64,000 bases of DNA from Limisphaerales bacterium (GTDB taxonomy: Bacteria; Verrucomicrobiota; Verrucomicrobiia; Limisphaerales; AAA164-E04): positions 2,138,369 to 2,202,368 of the forward strand of contig OZ242022.1 in the NCBI GenBank assembly GCA_965204945.1, given 5' to 3'. The number at the start of each line of letters is the position of its first letter. Position 1 is the first letter of the stretch. This document shows positions 1-8,830 of this stretch, in pieces. The position numbers and the translations under genes were made by a program. The notes beneath the pieces are model-generated. The model searched no databases, was not told the DNA's origin, and was given only the letters and a program-made list of their open reading frames with translations.

Positions 1-1
1 A

Positions 2-796
2 ATGAACGAGAAATCGAGCAAGGCCGTTGCCGTGCCGGACTTTACGCTGGAGAACTGGGGCGTCTATGAAGCGAAGGCTTTGTCGAAGATGCCGCCGGAA
101 ACTTTTCGGGCTTTTGTTTTGAAGTGTTTTGGCGCCAAGGGCAAGAGCGAGGAAGCGGGCGTTCACGGCTGGAAGGGGCCGGTTCCCGTTTGGGTTGGCT
201 CGCCGAAGCCGAGAGAGCGGGTCAGCGCGGCGGATGTGAAGGACTTTGCGAATGCGGTTCGCCAGACGGCGCGCTACAAGCAGACGAATTTGCGGGAGGG
301 GATAATGCTGGCTTGGGCGTTTCGGGCGGACGCCAAGCAGGCGGCGGAGCAATTGCGCAAGTTGGAGGAGGTGGATTTTCACTTTATTCGATTGGATTTG
401 ACGCGCATTGACTCGCAAAATTTCCGGGAAGATGTGGCCAAGTTGGCCGGCAAGTATGCCGATTACGCGAGCTTTCTTACCTTTGTATCGCCGCCGCAAG
501 TGGAGGTGGGCGTTCGGCGTTTGCAGCGGATGATTTACAAGTTTGACGCCAGCGACACGATTGTGATGAACGCCGATCCAAAGACAAAGATTGCCAATGT
601 GCAGTGGGATTTTAAATACAACGGCCGGCGGTTTCGCAGCACCGAAGGGTATTCGTTTGCGCGAGAGAAGGACGGCAGTCCAAGGCTTTGGGCGCAGTAT
701 GAGTTTGCGCGGGCGGGAAAGCATTGGGTGGCCTGCCGCGTGCAGGACGACAAGGGCGGCGAAGGATTTTGGAAGGAGGAGATTGAGGTTTCTTGA
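2..796 (+). CDS. hypothetical protein, possibly 5'-partial; R-M-associated, with a degenerate Mrr-like segment and a PKD/Ig-like tail
   Basis: ORF is open from the window edge. FRAFVLKCFG..GVHGWKG..VPVWVG..DVKDFANAV resembles the Mrr-type layout (F..FV...G..GxDG..VQVK..V..F), but the D and K positions are substituted. The C-terminus has a WDF..G..F..Y..G-type beta-rich tail. It lies directly upstream of a Res-like helicase. Confidence 0.45.
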   Translation: MNEKSSKAVAVPDFTLENWGVYEAKALSKMPPETFRAFVLKCFGAKGKSEEAGVHGWKGPVPVWVGSPKPRERVSAADVKDFANAVRQTARYKQTNLREGIMLAWAFRADAKQAAEQLRKLEEVDFHFIRLDLTRIDSQNFREDVAKLAGKYADYASFLTFVSPPQVEVGVRRLQRMIYKFDASDTIVMNADPKTKIANVQWDFKYNGRRFRSTEGYSFAREKDGSPRLWAQYEFARAGKHWVACRVQDDKGGEGFWKEEIEVS

Positions 797-891
797 ATCG
801 GCTAGCGGCGAGAAAACGCGTTTGCAAAAGGGGAATTTCTCTTTTCTCGCTAAATGCCTGTGGAATAAATGTTAGTAGGAGGTGATTGGAT

Positions 892-966
892 ATGAGTTTA
901 TTGATGATAGCTGCGATAGTTGGAATTCTTTTATTTATTGTATTCGTTGTAATTGTTAGGAGGTAA
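892..966 (+). CDS. 24-aa hydrophobic mini-ORF (MSLLMIAAIVGILLFIVFVVIVRR)
   Basis: ATG at 892 with AGGAGG at 877-882 (9-nt spacing). Single TM helix ending in RR. Lies in a 30% GC patch. Below the ORF-track length cutoff; hand translated. Confidence 0.35.
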   Translation: MSLLMIAAIVGILLFIVFVVIVRR

Positions 967-972
967 TTAGAT

Positions 973-1143
973 ATGATTGATGAAGGAAATTTAGTAGGCA
1001 TTATGTGTGGCATTAGTTATATTATTGGTCATGTTCTTGGTGCTAGATCTGAGAGAAGGTGTAGAGAAAGGATGGATAGAGAAAAACTAATTGAAGACAT
1101 CACAAAGGAAATTAAAAAGAAAAATGGAGACGACAACGACTAA
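973..1143 (+). CDS. 56-aa mini-ORF with an N-terminal TM segment and a charged tail
   Basis: ATG at 973 with AGGAGG at 958-963 (9-nt spacing, inside the last codons of the previous mini-ORF). Product: MIDEGNLVGIMCGISYIIGHVLGARSERRCRERMDREKLIEDITKEIKKKNGDDND. Same low-GC patch. Confidence 0.35.
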   Translation: MIDEGNLVGIMCGISYIIGHVLGARSERRCRERMDREKLIEDITKEIKKKNGDDND

Positions 1144-1212
1144 GATTCCCCCCGCGCGACGAACAATGTTTCTCCGCTGATGAAGCGTCAGACGGAGGTT
1201 TGGTGAACTGGT

Positions 1213-3243
1213 ATGTTCAATCAATTTGTAAAGTATGAGAGCGATTTTCAGGGCTGGTGGCGGGACGGCTGGCCGGGTTTGAATCCTGATTCTTCTAATT
1301 ATATTGAGTTTCTCAGTTCCAAGGAAAATCCGAAAAAGGCGCGGAGTCTTTGGGATCATCAATGGGATGCGTTTTTGCGGGTGGTGTATGCGCACGAGGT
1401 TTTGGGGAAGACGGAATTGGGCGCGGACGGATTGCTTTTGAACATCGTGACCGGCGGCGGCAAAACGGCGATTATCGCCGCTGTGATTGCGTGGTTGCGC
1501 ATTGCGTGCGGGGTTCAAAAGTTTGTTTTGCTTTGTCCGAATTTGATTGTGCGGGATCGTTTGGAGGATGATTTTCAAAAGGGGAAGGTGTTTCGGGATC
1601 GGGATTTGTTGCCGGATTGGGCGTCTTGTCGGGCGGATGATTTTGCGCTGACGACTTTGGGAGGCGGCAAAGAGGGCGGTTGGTCCAGCTTGCTGAGCGC
1701 CCACGTGATTTTGGGGAACATTCATCAGTTTTACCAAAGCAATCAAGGCGGGCGGAGCAATCTGGCGGGATTGATGAACGGGCCGAACTTCGCCGTGTTC
1801 AACGACGAGGCGCATAATTCGAAGGCGGAGAAGTATGAGGAAACCCTCTTGCTGATGCGGGAAAAGATTGCGCTGCGCTTGGATACGACGGCAACGCCGG
1901 ATCGCGAGGACGGAAAAACGCCGGACAGCGCTATGATTTACGAATACGGCGTGACCGACGCGCTGGCCAACGAGATAATCAAGACGCCGGTAGTTTATCA
2001 GCCGGACATCAAAACCGTGCAGTTGACTTACACGGACGCGCACACAGGCGAACAGCGCAAGGTGGAGGAAATTGACTGGGACAAAGTGGATCGGCTTGGA
2101 GTGAACGCCACACAGTGGGTCACGGATCCCAAGCCGATGCAGCAGCAGATGGCCATTGCGTTGGCGCGGTTGCGAGAGCAAGAACGAAGGGCAAAGGATC
2201 GGTATCAGCCGATTTTGTTTGTGGTGGCAGTGTGCAAGCTGGACGCGATGAAAGCCGAGCAGACGCTGAACAACTATTTCAAGGCAAAGACACTGCTGGT
2301 TACAGAGGACAGCGGCGACGACGAGCGGCGGATGGCGACTGACCTGGGGCGGGCGAAAGAACTGGAGAAGGCGCGGCGCAGCCGCCAGCCTTACAAAGCG
2401 GTGGTGAGCGTGCTGATGCTGCGCGAGGGATGGGACGTGCCGGAAGTGGGCGTTATTTTACTGTTGCGCAAGTTCAGCAGCAAAGTCTACGGGCAACAAG
2501 TCATTGGGCGAGGTCTGCGCCGAGTGCGGACAAGGGGCGTTCAAGCGGATGAGCGGCAGATTTGTGCCGTCGTGGATCATCCCAAGCTGGAGCATCAATG
2601 GTTGTGGGACATATTTGGCGCCAAAAAGCGGGAAGGAGTTTCGATTGACGATGAGTTTGACGAGACCGAAGACTTGCCGGAACCGCCGCCGAAGCAAGAG
2701 CTAACCAAACCGCATTTGGTGATTGACGTGCCGGAGCCGGATTCGGCGGCGGATGATGGCGAGTTTGACGTTGGCGGAATCCAGTCACCGCCAGAGCCTT
2801 GTGAAGATTGGAGGGAATCGCTGGACAAGATTGAGTACGATCCCACGGCGGTGGAGATTACGGAAGTGGACATCGCCGTCGTGGTAGGGCGGGAGTTGGG
2901 CGGCGAGGGTTGGAAAACCGTTCACTCGGCGCCGGGCAAAGAGGATTCTAAGTCTGCAGTGGTGAAAATATCGGATCAAGAGTTGCGCGAGGCGGTGAAG
3001 GTCGGTTTGCTCCAGATGGCCGAGGAGTTGACCGTCGAGGCCGGCTACGCGGTTTTGGACAACAAGGCAAAAGTTTATAGCGCCCTATTGCGACACGTTC
3101 GCGCCAAGTTTCTCAATGGCTTATCGCTTGGGCTGGCCGAGCGTTCGGAAGTGGAGTTCGTTTGGAAGATGCTGGCGCAGGTGAGGAAAAAAGTCTCGGC
3201 AATGCCCGGACTGGTGGCCGGAATGATTGAATATGGCAATTAG
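1213..3243 (+). CDS. SF2 helicase, Type III restriction Res-like (ResIII/DEAH)
   Basis: Motif I NIVTGGGKTAI, motif II FNDEAHNS, motif III LDTTATP, LMLREGWDVPEV and motif VI QVIGRGLRR. No fused nuclease domain at the C-terminus. Confidence 0.85.
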   Translation: MFNQFVKYESDFQGWWRDGWPGLNPDSSNYIEFLSSKENPKKARSLWDHQWDAFLRVVYAHEVLGKTELGADGLLLNIVTGGGKTAIIAAVIAWLRIACGVQKFVLLCPNLIVRDRLEDDFQKGKVFRDRDLLPDWASCRADDFALTTLGGGKEGGWSSLLSAHVILGNIHQFYQSNQGGRSNLAGLMNGPNFAVFNDEAHNSKAEKYEETLLLMREKIALRLDTTATPDREDGKTPDSAMIYEYGVTDALANEIIKTPVVYQPDIKTVQLTYTDAHTGEQRKVEEIDWDKVDRLGVNATQWVTDPKPMQQQMAIALARLREQERRAKDRYQPILFVVAVCKLDAMKAEQTLNNYFKAKTLLVTEDSGDDERRMATDLGRAKELEKARRSRQPYKAVVSVLMLREGWDVPEVGVILLLRKFSSKVYGQQVIGRGLRRVRTRGVQADERQICAVVDHPKLEHQWLWDIFGAKKREGVSIDDEFDETEDLPEPPPKQELTKPHLVIDVPEPDSAADDGEFDVGGIQSPPEPCEDWRESLDKIEYDPTAVEITEVDIAVVVGRELGGEGWKTVHSAPGKEDSKSAVVKISDQELREAVKVGLLQMAEELTVEAGYAVLDNKAKVYSALLRHVRAKFLNGLSLGLAERSEVEFVWKMLAQVRKKVSAMPGLVAGMIEYGN

Positions 3244-3580
3244 CAGACGCGGGAAATACGAAAACCCGGCGAAGAGTCCGTGGAACTTTGAGAACCACGA
3301 CAGCGACTTGGAGAGGCGGATGATGGATCGTTTGGAGAGCGATGCGCACGTTGCCAAGTGGGTAAAGCGGCACGGTGTCACCATTCCGTGGATCGACGGC
3401 CAAAAGCGCCAACGAAGGTATATGCCGGACTTTCTTGTGGAGTACGAAGATGGCAAGAAGGCGATCATTGAGGTAAAAGATCCCGGTCGGATCGATTCGG
3501 ACGACGTCCGACGCAAGCGCAAAGCGGCGGATATGTGGTGCAAACAGCGAGGGATGGAATATGTTTTGGCCACGGTTTAG
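3227..3580 (+). CDS. small PD-(D/E)xK nuclease-fold protein (TnsA-N/restriction-endonuclease-like)
   Basis: RYMPDFLVEYEDGKKAIIEVKD gives a D...E-x-K signature. Overlaps the helicase stop by 17 nt, suggesting translational coupling. Confidence 0.6.
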   Translation: MNMAISRRGKYENPAKSPWNFENHDSDLERRMMDRLESDAHVAKWVKRHGVTIPWIDGQKRQRRYMPDFLVEYEDGKKAIIEVKDPGRIDSDDVRRKRKAADMWCKQRGMEYVLATV

Positions 3581-3689
3581 CGCGGCCTAGAAATGGATAG
3601 AAGCGAGTATGGATATGAGTTTTGAATGCGCATTTTTTGATGGTCGTTGAGTCGCTTGCTTTATATCCACTTTGTGTTCGCCAAATGTT

Positions 3690-4169
3690 ATGGTTCATGT
3701 AGGCATAGGTTACGACGTGCATGCTTTGAAGGCGGGAGAAACGCTGGTTCTTGGGGGAGTGACCATTCCGCATCCCAAAGGGTTGGCCGGCCATTCGGAC
3801 GCCGACGTCTTGATGCATGCGGTTTGCGACGCCGTTCTGGGCGCCGTCGGAGCGGGAGACATCGGCCAGTTTTTCTCCAATGACGATCCGATGTGGAAAG
3901 GCGCCGCCAGCCGAACTTTTTTGGAGGAAGCGCGTCGCCAAGTGGAATTTCGCCGGGGAGTTCTTGTGAACGTGGACGCTACGGTGATTGCCGAGCGTCC
4001 TCGGTTGAGTCCCTATGTTTTGGAAATGAAGCGCAACATTGCCGAGGCGCTAAAATTGAGTCCAGACCGCGTGGGAGTGAAGGCCACGACCAACGAGGGA
4101 ATAGGATTTTTGGGAAGGGAAGAGGGAATTGCGGCCATGGCGGTCGCTAGCGTGGAGGTTCGCTCTTAA
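3690..4169 (+). CDS. ispF: 2-C-methyl-D-erythritol 2,4-cyclodiphosphate synthase
   Basis: MVHVGIGYDVHAL...GHSDADVLMHAVCDAVLGA...GDIG matches the IspF signature. ATG at 3690 is preferred over the TTG at 3672. Confidence 0.9.
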   Translation: MVHVGIGYDVHALKAGETLVLGGVTIPHPKGLAGHSDADVLMHAVCDAVLGAVGAGDIGQFFSNDDPMWKGAASRTFLEEARRQVEFRRGVLVNVDATVIAERPRLSPYVLEMKRNIAEALKLSPDRVGVKATTNEGIGFLGREEGIAAMAVASVEVRS

Positions 4170-5653
4170 GATTTGCGCTTGCAAATCTGGGCAAATCGGC
4201 CGGACGCCGCTGTCCATTCCGCCGCTTGTTCTGGTTGATAACGTTCCAATTTGTTGGATTCTCGAACCAGTTTTCGGATGGCCGTCAAGTCCGAGAGGTC
4301 TCCTGCCGCCAGTGCTTGAACGGCGATGTTTCCAGCGGCCGTCGCTTCTGCCGGCCCGGCGATGACGGGGCGTTGAATCGCATTGGCAGTCAACTGGTTC
4401 AGAAGGCGGTTTTTGGAGCCGCCTCCGACGATATGCAGGATTTTGACGGGGCGCTGGATGACGGATTCCAGTTCTTCGACGGTTTGGCGGTAAAGGAGCG
4501 CCAGGCTTTCGAGAACGCAACGCGCGACGCTTCCCGGTGTTTTTGGAAGCGGTTGGGCGGTTTCTCGGCAAAAGGCGACAATGGATTCCGTCATGTCCTT
4601 CGGCGCTACAAAACGCGGGTCGGCTGGATTGATGAGGGATTGAAACGGCGCCGCTTGCGAAGCCAAGCGGGCGAGCTCCGCATAGTCAAACTTTTGCCCG
4701 CCGGCCTCCCAGATTCTTCTGGATTCTTGCAACAGCCAGAGGCCGCTGATGTTCTTCAAAAGCCGGGTAGTGCCTCCGCATCCGATTTCGTTGGTGAAGT
4801 TGAGGTCGCGGCAGGCGTTCGTAAGAATGGGAGAGGAAAGTTCGATTCCCAGAAGAGACCAAGTGCCTGAACTGAGATAAGCCCAATTTGCCTCCTCGGC
4901 GGGAACGGCGGCCACGGCCGCCGCAGTGTCGTGGGAACAGCCGGCGACAACGCGCAAGCTGCCCAAACCGGAGGCTTGTTTCACGTTGTCGGAAAGCCTC
5001 CCAATGGTAGCGCCGGAGGGAACGACCTCGGGGAAAAGGCCGATTGGCAAACCCGCCGATTCACATAGTTTTTGGGACCAGCATTTGATTTGAGGATTGT
5101 AAAGTTGAAATGTGCTGGCCATAGAAACTTCAATGACGGGGCGGCCTCCCAGCAGATAGTTGAATCCATCGCCGATTCCCAGAATGGTTTTCGCCTTGGC
5201 CAAACGCGCGGGCGCTTCGGCGGCGAGTTGGAAGAGCGTGTTGATCGGCATCAATTGAACGCCGGTTTCCGCGAAGATGGATGGCCAGTCGGTTTTGGCC
5301 AGTACGCGCTTCATGCCAATGGAGACGCGAGGGTCTCGATAGTGAAAAGTCGGCGAAATGACGCCGCCGCCAGCGTCCAACAATAAATAATCCACACCCC
5401 AAGAATCGCAGCTGATGCTTTGGAATGGCAGGCCGAGAGCCGCCGCTTTTTTGAGGCCGGCCAAAAGTCCTTCGTAAAGCGAGTCCAGATTCCAATGAAT
5501 GGAGCCGTCCGCGCGGATCGGCGTATTGGGAAATCGGTGAATTTCTTCTAACGACAGCCGCCGACCGTCAATGTCCATGCCGCCGCCAATCAAGCGTCCG
5601 CTTTCCGCCCCAAGATCGCAGGCTAAATAGTGCTTTTCCATTTGGCTTTCCAT
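4166..5653 (-). CDS. rhaB: rhamnulokinase-like FGGY carbohydrate kinase
   Basis: Colinear with E. coli RhaB from memory: DLGAESGR, EIHRFPN, WGVDYLLLD, PINTLFQL, SHDTAAAV, YLSSGTWSL, LKNISGLWLLQ, HIVGGGSKN. Start taken at MESQMEKHY (ATG 5653). Confidence 0.8.
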   Translation of the reverse strand: MESQMEKHYLACDLGAESGRLIGGGMDIDGRRLSLEEIHRFPNTPIRADGSIHWNLDSLYEGLLAGLKKAAALGLPFQSISCDSWGVDYLLLDAGGGVISPTFHYRDPRVSIGMKRVLAKTDWPSIFAETGVQLMPINTLFQLAAEAPARLAKAKTILGIGDGFNYLLGGRPVIEVSMASTFQLYNPQIKCWSQKLCESAGLPIGLFPEVVPSGATIGRLSDNVKQASGLGSLRVVAGCSHDTAAAVAAVPAEEANWAYLSSGTWSLLGIELSSPILTNACRDLNFTNEIGCGGTTRLLKNISGLWLLQESRRIWEAGGQKFDYAELARLASQAAPFQSLINPADPRFVAPKDMTESIVAFCRETAQPLPKTPGSVARCVLESLALLYRQTVEELESVIQRPVKILHIVGGGSKNRLLNQLTANAIQRPVIAGPAEATAAGNIAVQALAAGDLSDLTAIRKLVRESNKLERYQPEQAAEWTAASGRFAQICKRKS

Positions 5654-6060
5654 AAAAAACCGCCGAGCCAAAACCCGGCGGCTTGCGAAATAAAGGCCAA
5701 GACCAACTTTACTTGCCAATCAATTTTTCTATCAATGAAAAACGATTATCAGCTGCGCTTGCTGCAATTAACAGAATTGCGCCTACCAACAATTTAAGCC
5801 ATTTTCTTTGACTTTTTCTAGCCGATCATTTGATTTTTCCAACTGACTCGTTGAATTCTCCAAGCGATCCAATTGAACGTTAATGTCAACCTTCCCATTC
5901 CCTCGAATGTCATCGTCTATTTTTTCAATTGGGATGTCAGGCTAGATTCCATTTCCTTCAATTGCTTTTCAATCTGCTCGAACCGATAGTCCCTCTGCTT
6001 TTCAGAGTGATCAAACCGTTCTTTAATCAGTTCCTTAAACCCGATAATGCGGTGTCGCTC

Positions 6061-6942
6061 TCACTCACCTTCGGCCTTCTTCATTTCTGCCACTCGGCGT
6101 TCGGCTTCCTCCACTATCGCCTCGAATTCCTTCTCCATTTCTTCCTTTTGAGCCGGAGACAACTCTACTTCTACTTCTCCTACTAATCCCCAGTCAAACG
6201 GAGGCAACCCGAATTCCTCATGAATCAGACGAACTTCCTCTTCTAATTCCTCGTAATACAGGCGATTTCTCTCTTCCGCTTCCTCTTCAAGTGCCGCCAT
6301 TTTCGCATCCCACCGATCCAAAAACTCCCTGGATTGCCACTTTGTCTTAACCATCGTCATGGCTACGGTTTCCGCGCTTCGCCGGGTCACTTGCTTTTGC
6401 AAGTCCGACAATTCGCCTTCCACGCCGGAATTCGCCAGCAAATGCGCGTAAGCCTTCTCCACTTCGGCCTCAAACTCCTGCCTTTGCGACGGGTTCAAAG
6501 ACGCCTTGAATTCGTTCTTTTGTTGGAAGTAGCTTTCCAGTATTTTCCGATCCTTAGCGTCCGCATTCTCCAAAAGCCAAGCCTGCCACTCTGGATCGTT
6601 CATGGATACCAACTCTTCCACTTGGAGCGGTTTATGCGCCTGCGTTTCTTCTTCGACTTGAACTTCTTCCACTTGAGATTGCTCGACTTCCGGCTTCTTT
6701 GCCGAAGATTCCAAAAGGCGCAATTGATCTTTGAGTTCGCTGATCTCCCGCGACTGAATTTGGTTTTGAAGGGTCAAGAGATTAACTTTCTCGCGGTGAG
6801 ACTTCTTCAATTCCTCGTAGCGATCATTGCCAAACCAACCAAAGTATTCGCCGCAGATAATTAAGCCAAAAATCGCCATGATAGTCATCACAGCGTAACG
6901 CGCAACCGACTCATCGAAACCAAAAAATTTCTTTGCTTTCAT
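6061..6942 (-). CDS. membrane-anchored E/K-rich coiled-coil protein
   Basis: AAGGAG Shine-Dalgarno before the ATG at 6942. TM segment YAVMTIMAIFGLIICG followed by long heptad-like acidic helices. Last gene of cassette 1. Confidence 0.6.
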   Translation of the reverse strand: MKAKKFFGFDESVARYAVMTIMAIFGLIICGEYFGWFGNDRYEELKKSHREKVNLLTLQNQIQSREISELKDQLRLLESSAKKPEVEQSQVEEVQVEEETQAHKPLQVEELVSMNDPEWQAWLLENADAKDRKILESYFQQKNEFKASLNPSQRQEFEAEVEKAYAHLLANSGVEGELSDLQKQVTRRSAETVAMTMVKTKWQSREFLDRWDAKMAALEEEAEERNRLYYEELEEEVRLIHEEFGLPPFDWGLVGEVEVELSPAQKEEMEKEFEAIVEEAERRVAEMKKAEGE

Positions 6943-7220
6943 TCTGTTTGTCTCCTTTCTTTTTGCTTTAGTCTTGATTCTCTGATTCTTCATCCTCTGA
7001 GCCTGAATTTGCGAATTCAAGCAAGCACTCTCGCCAATCTTCCCAAATTTGAGACACAACGTCATTATGCCTCGCAATGTTTTCAATGCGACGCCTTTGA
7101 GCGTTTCCTTTAATCATTGAGATCTCTGTATTTTGGCTATCCCGGCTTCTTCGATATCTTCCATTGCTTCTTCATTTGCTTCTTCATTTGCTTTTGCTTT
7201 GGCGTCATTGCGACCAATTG

Positions 7221-8330
7221 TCAAAGTTCCGCCAAAAGACTTTGCCCAGGAACCATGTCTTCATCCTTCGGATCCATCAGGCCAAAAAGAAAAGTTTGAC
7301 CGGTGAATCCGTCAGGTGAAATCTCCGCAATCAAACGATCACGAATCCTTTCAGCAAGTTCCACACTTGGCCTTTCTTCCCCCGGCTCCGCTACCCACTC
7401 ACTCCGAACGCAATTGCGAACAACACGGAAATCCCTTTCTAGTTGCTCTTTCCAAGTGAGCCGACGGTTTTGGTTCGTTTTGGGATCCCATCGGGTTTGG
7501 ACAGGATGCAGTTCTTCTGGATCATGCTGGCTGGCCTGCTGGCTGGTTACAAAGTAGTTTTCCAAGCCGACCATGGTATGCGCAATCCGAATGGGATTGT
7601 CTCCGACGCCTTCTTCTTCAAAGATGCGGTAGGCTTGCTCGAACTCTGGAGAGTAGCGGTAGGCCTGTTTATAGAATCCGTCTAGCCGTTTGTGCCGCAT
7701 GATAATCCGCCGTTGCTCTTCGATTTCAGGGTCGCCGTTATGGTATCTCTGGTCCGCTAGTTCTATGGCGCGCCAGAGTCTTTCGTCTTCCGCTTGTTTT
7801 TCTTCCGTGGTGAGATCGTCTCTTGCCCAGACTTTTTCGGATTCCGCTTCGTAGGTTTCAAAGGCTTCATCGGTGTTTCTTTCCAACTCCTTTTTGTAGG
7901 CGCGGTACTTTTCATCACTGTGCGCGATGTTGTTTCCCGGGTCAAAGACGATGTCAGGGTGATACCCTCTCTGGAAAGGGAAGTTGTCGATCCATTCTTT
8001 TCGTTCTTCGTAAAGTTTGGCGTAGGCGGCCTTTGCTTCGGCTTCGTCTTGCTCTCTCCACCATTGTTCCGACCGTTCTTCATCGGTAAGAAGGCGACCG
8101 TATTTGCGCATCTCGGCTTTGTCCCGGGCGAGGTCTTCGGCGACGCTTTGGCGGGCCCATTCTTTCTCTTCGGGAGTCAAGTCATCCCCGTATTTCTTGA
8201 GGATGATGGCGTCCATTTCGTCAAGCGGCGCTGATGCCTTCTCTTCCGTTTTGGTTTGCTTTTGGGGAGCGAGGAGGACAACGGCAATCACAGCCAGAAT
8301 GCCTCCCGTGATAATGTAAACACTTCTCAT
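7221..8330 (-). CDS. N-terminally anchored protein of a window-specific paralogous family (WxDxFPF...EFEQ...IRDRLIxEI)
   Basis: AAGGAG Shine-Dalgarno. TM segment GGILAVIAVVLLA. Shares WIDNFPF, SPEFEQAYRIFEEEG, LTWKEQLER and AERIRDRLIAEISPDGF with 35894-36934 and with decayed copies at 24956-25649 and 37093-37911. Confidence 0.7.
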   Translation of the reverse strand: MRSVYIITGGILAVIAVVLLAPQKQTKTEEKASAPLDEMDAIILKKYGDDLTPEEKEWARQSVAEDLARDKAEMRKYGRLLTDEERSEQWWREQDEAEAKAAYAKLYEERKEWIDNFPFQRGYHPDIVFDPGNNIAHSDEKYRAYKKELERNTDEAFETYEAESEKVWARDDLTTEEKQAEDERLWRAIELADQRYHNGDPEIEEQRRIIMRHKRLDGFYKQAYRYSPEFEQAYRIFEEEGVGDNPIRIAHTMVGLENYFVTSQQASQHDPEELHPVQTRWDPKTNQNRRLTWKEQLERDFRVVRNCVRSEWVAEPGEERPSVELAERIRDRLIAEISPDGFTGQTFLFGLMDPKDEDMVPGQSLLAEL

Positions 8331-8350
8331 CGGTAATTTCTCCTTTCTTT

Positions 8351-8830
8351 TTATGCGGACGGCTTGATGACGTTCTCGTTCTGGTAGACGGGGTACTCGT
8401 GTTTAGTTGTGTATCTGCACCCGGTTCTACGATTCCGGCCCGGCCGGTGTTTTTTGTTACACGTTAAGCACCATCGATAGATTTTCTTGTGTTTAAAGTG
8501 ACGCTCAGCGCGCCCTACCCATGTGGGGGTGCCGATGATTTTGAAGCTGCTCCACGGGATTTGGGTCAGTCCAAACCGCTTGAAGTTGTCGTCGCACCAT
8601 GACATTGGTTCAGGATAGTCAATGAAAGGCTCCTCATCATCGGGAGTTCTGGTTCGGATGTTGTAGATGAATCCAGCTTCGCGGGCGTAATAGCTAAATC
8701 TGGTAACGTAGGTGGAGCGACTGCCGGGTTCTTCCAGTTCGGTAGGAGAAAGCCCGCCGCCGCCGGGAATGGGGACGTGTTTAAAGTCCGACCAGAGTTT
8801 CACTTCCTTTTCGCAGGTGTAGGTACTCAT
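8351..8830 (-). CDS. hypothetical basic/Cys-containing protein
   Basis: ORF with plausible composition. Start taken at MSTYTC (ATG 8830). Overlaps the preceding gene by about 50 nt. Confidence 0.5.
   Translation of the reverse strand: MSTYTCEKEVKLWSDFKHVPIPGGGGLSPTELEEPGSRSTYVTRFSYYAREAGFIYNIRTRTPDDEEPFIDYPEPMSWCDDNFKRFGLTQIPWSSFKIIGTPTWVGRAERHFKHKKIYRWCLTCNKKHRPGRNRRTGCRYTTKHEYPVYQNENVIKPSA

Noticed and set aside
1087-2181. Long antisense shadow ORFs. These include 1087-2181(-), 10908-12197(-), 45042-45851(+), 61865-63286(+), and the 32894-33271 part of 32894-33973(+).
   Set aside because: Each lies opposite or overlapping a gene with strong motif support. Their composition is R/P/G/A-rich, as is typical of off-frame translation of high-GC coding DNA.
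3227-3580. The small TnsA-N-like nuclease as part of a Tn7-like transposon.
   Set aside because: There are no TnsB/TnsC-like genes, no terminal repeats and no attachment-site context. It overlaps and is co-oriented with the Res-like helicase.
4166-4169. Convergent ispF and rhaB-like genes sharing a TTAA, so that their stop codons overlap by 4 nt.
   Set aside because: It is real but a trivial consequence of compact convergent genes. No hairpin or regulatory element is evident.
6061-6063. Stop-codon reassignment or programmed recoding (for example selenocysteine at TGA, or an alternative genetic code) as the explanation for the four in-frame stops.
   Set aside because: The four cases use all three stop codons. 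The same codons terminate well-conserved genes in the window at expected positions: TAG for the helicase at 3243, TGA for lon and TAA for ispF. No SECIS-like hairpin was noticed after 6061. Nonsense mutation in decaying accessory genes is the simpler reading.
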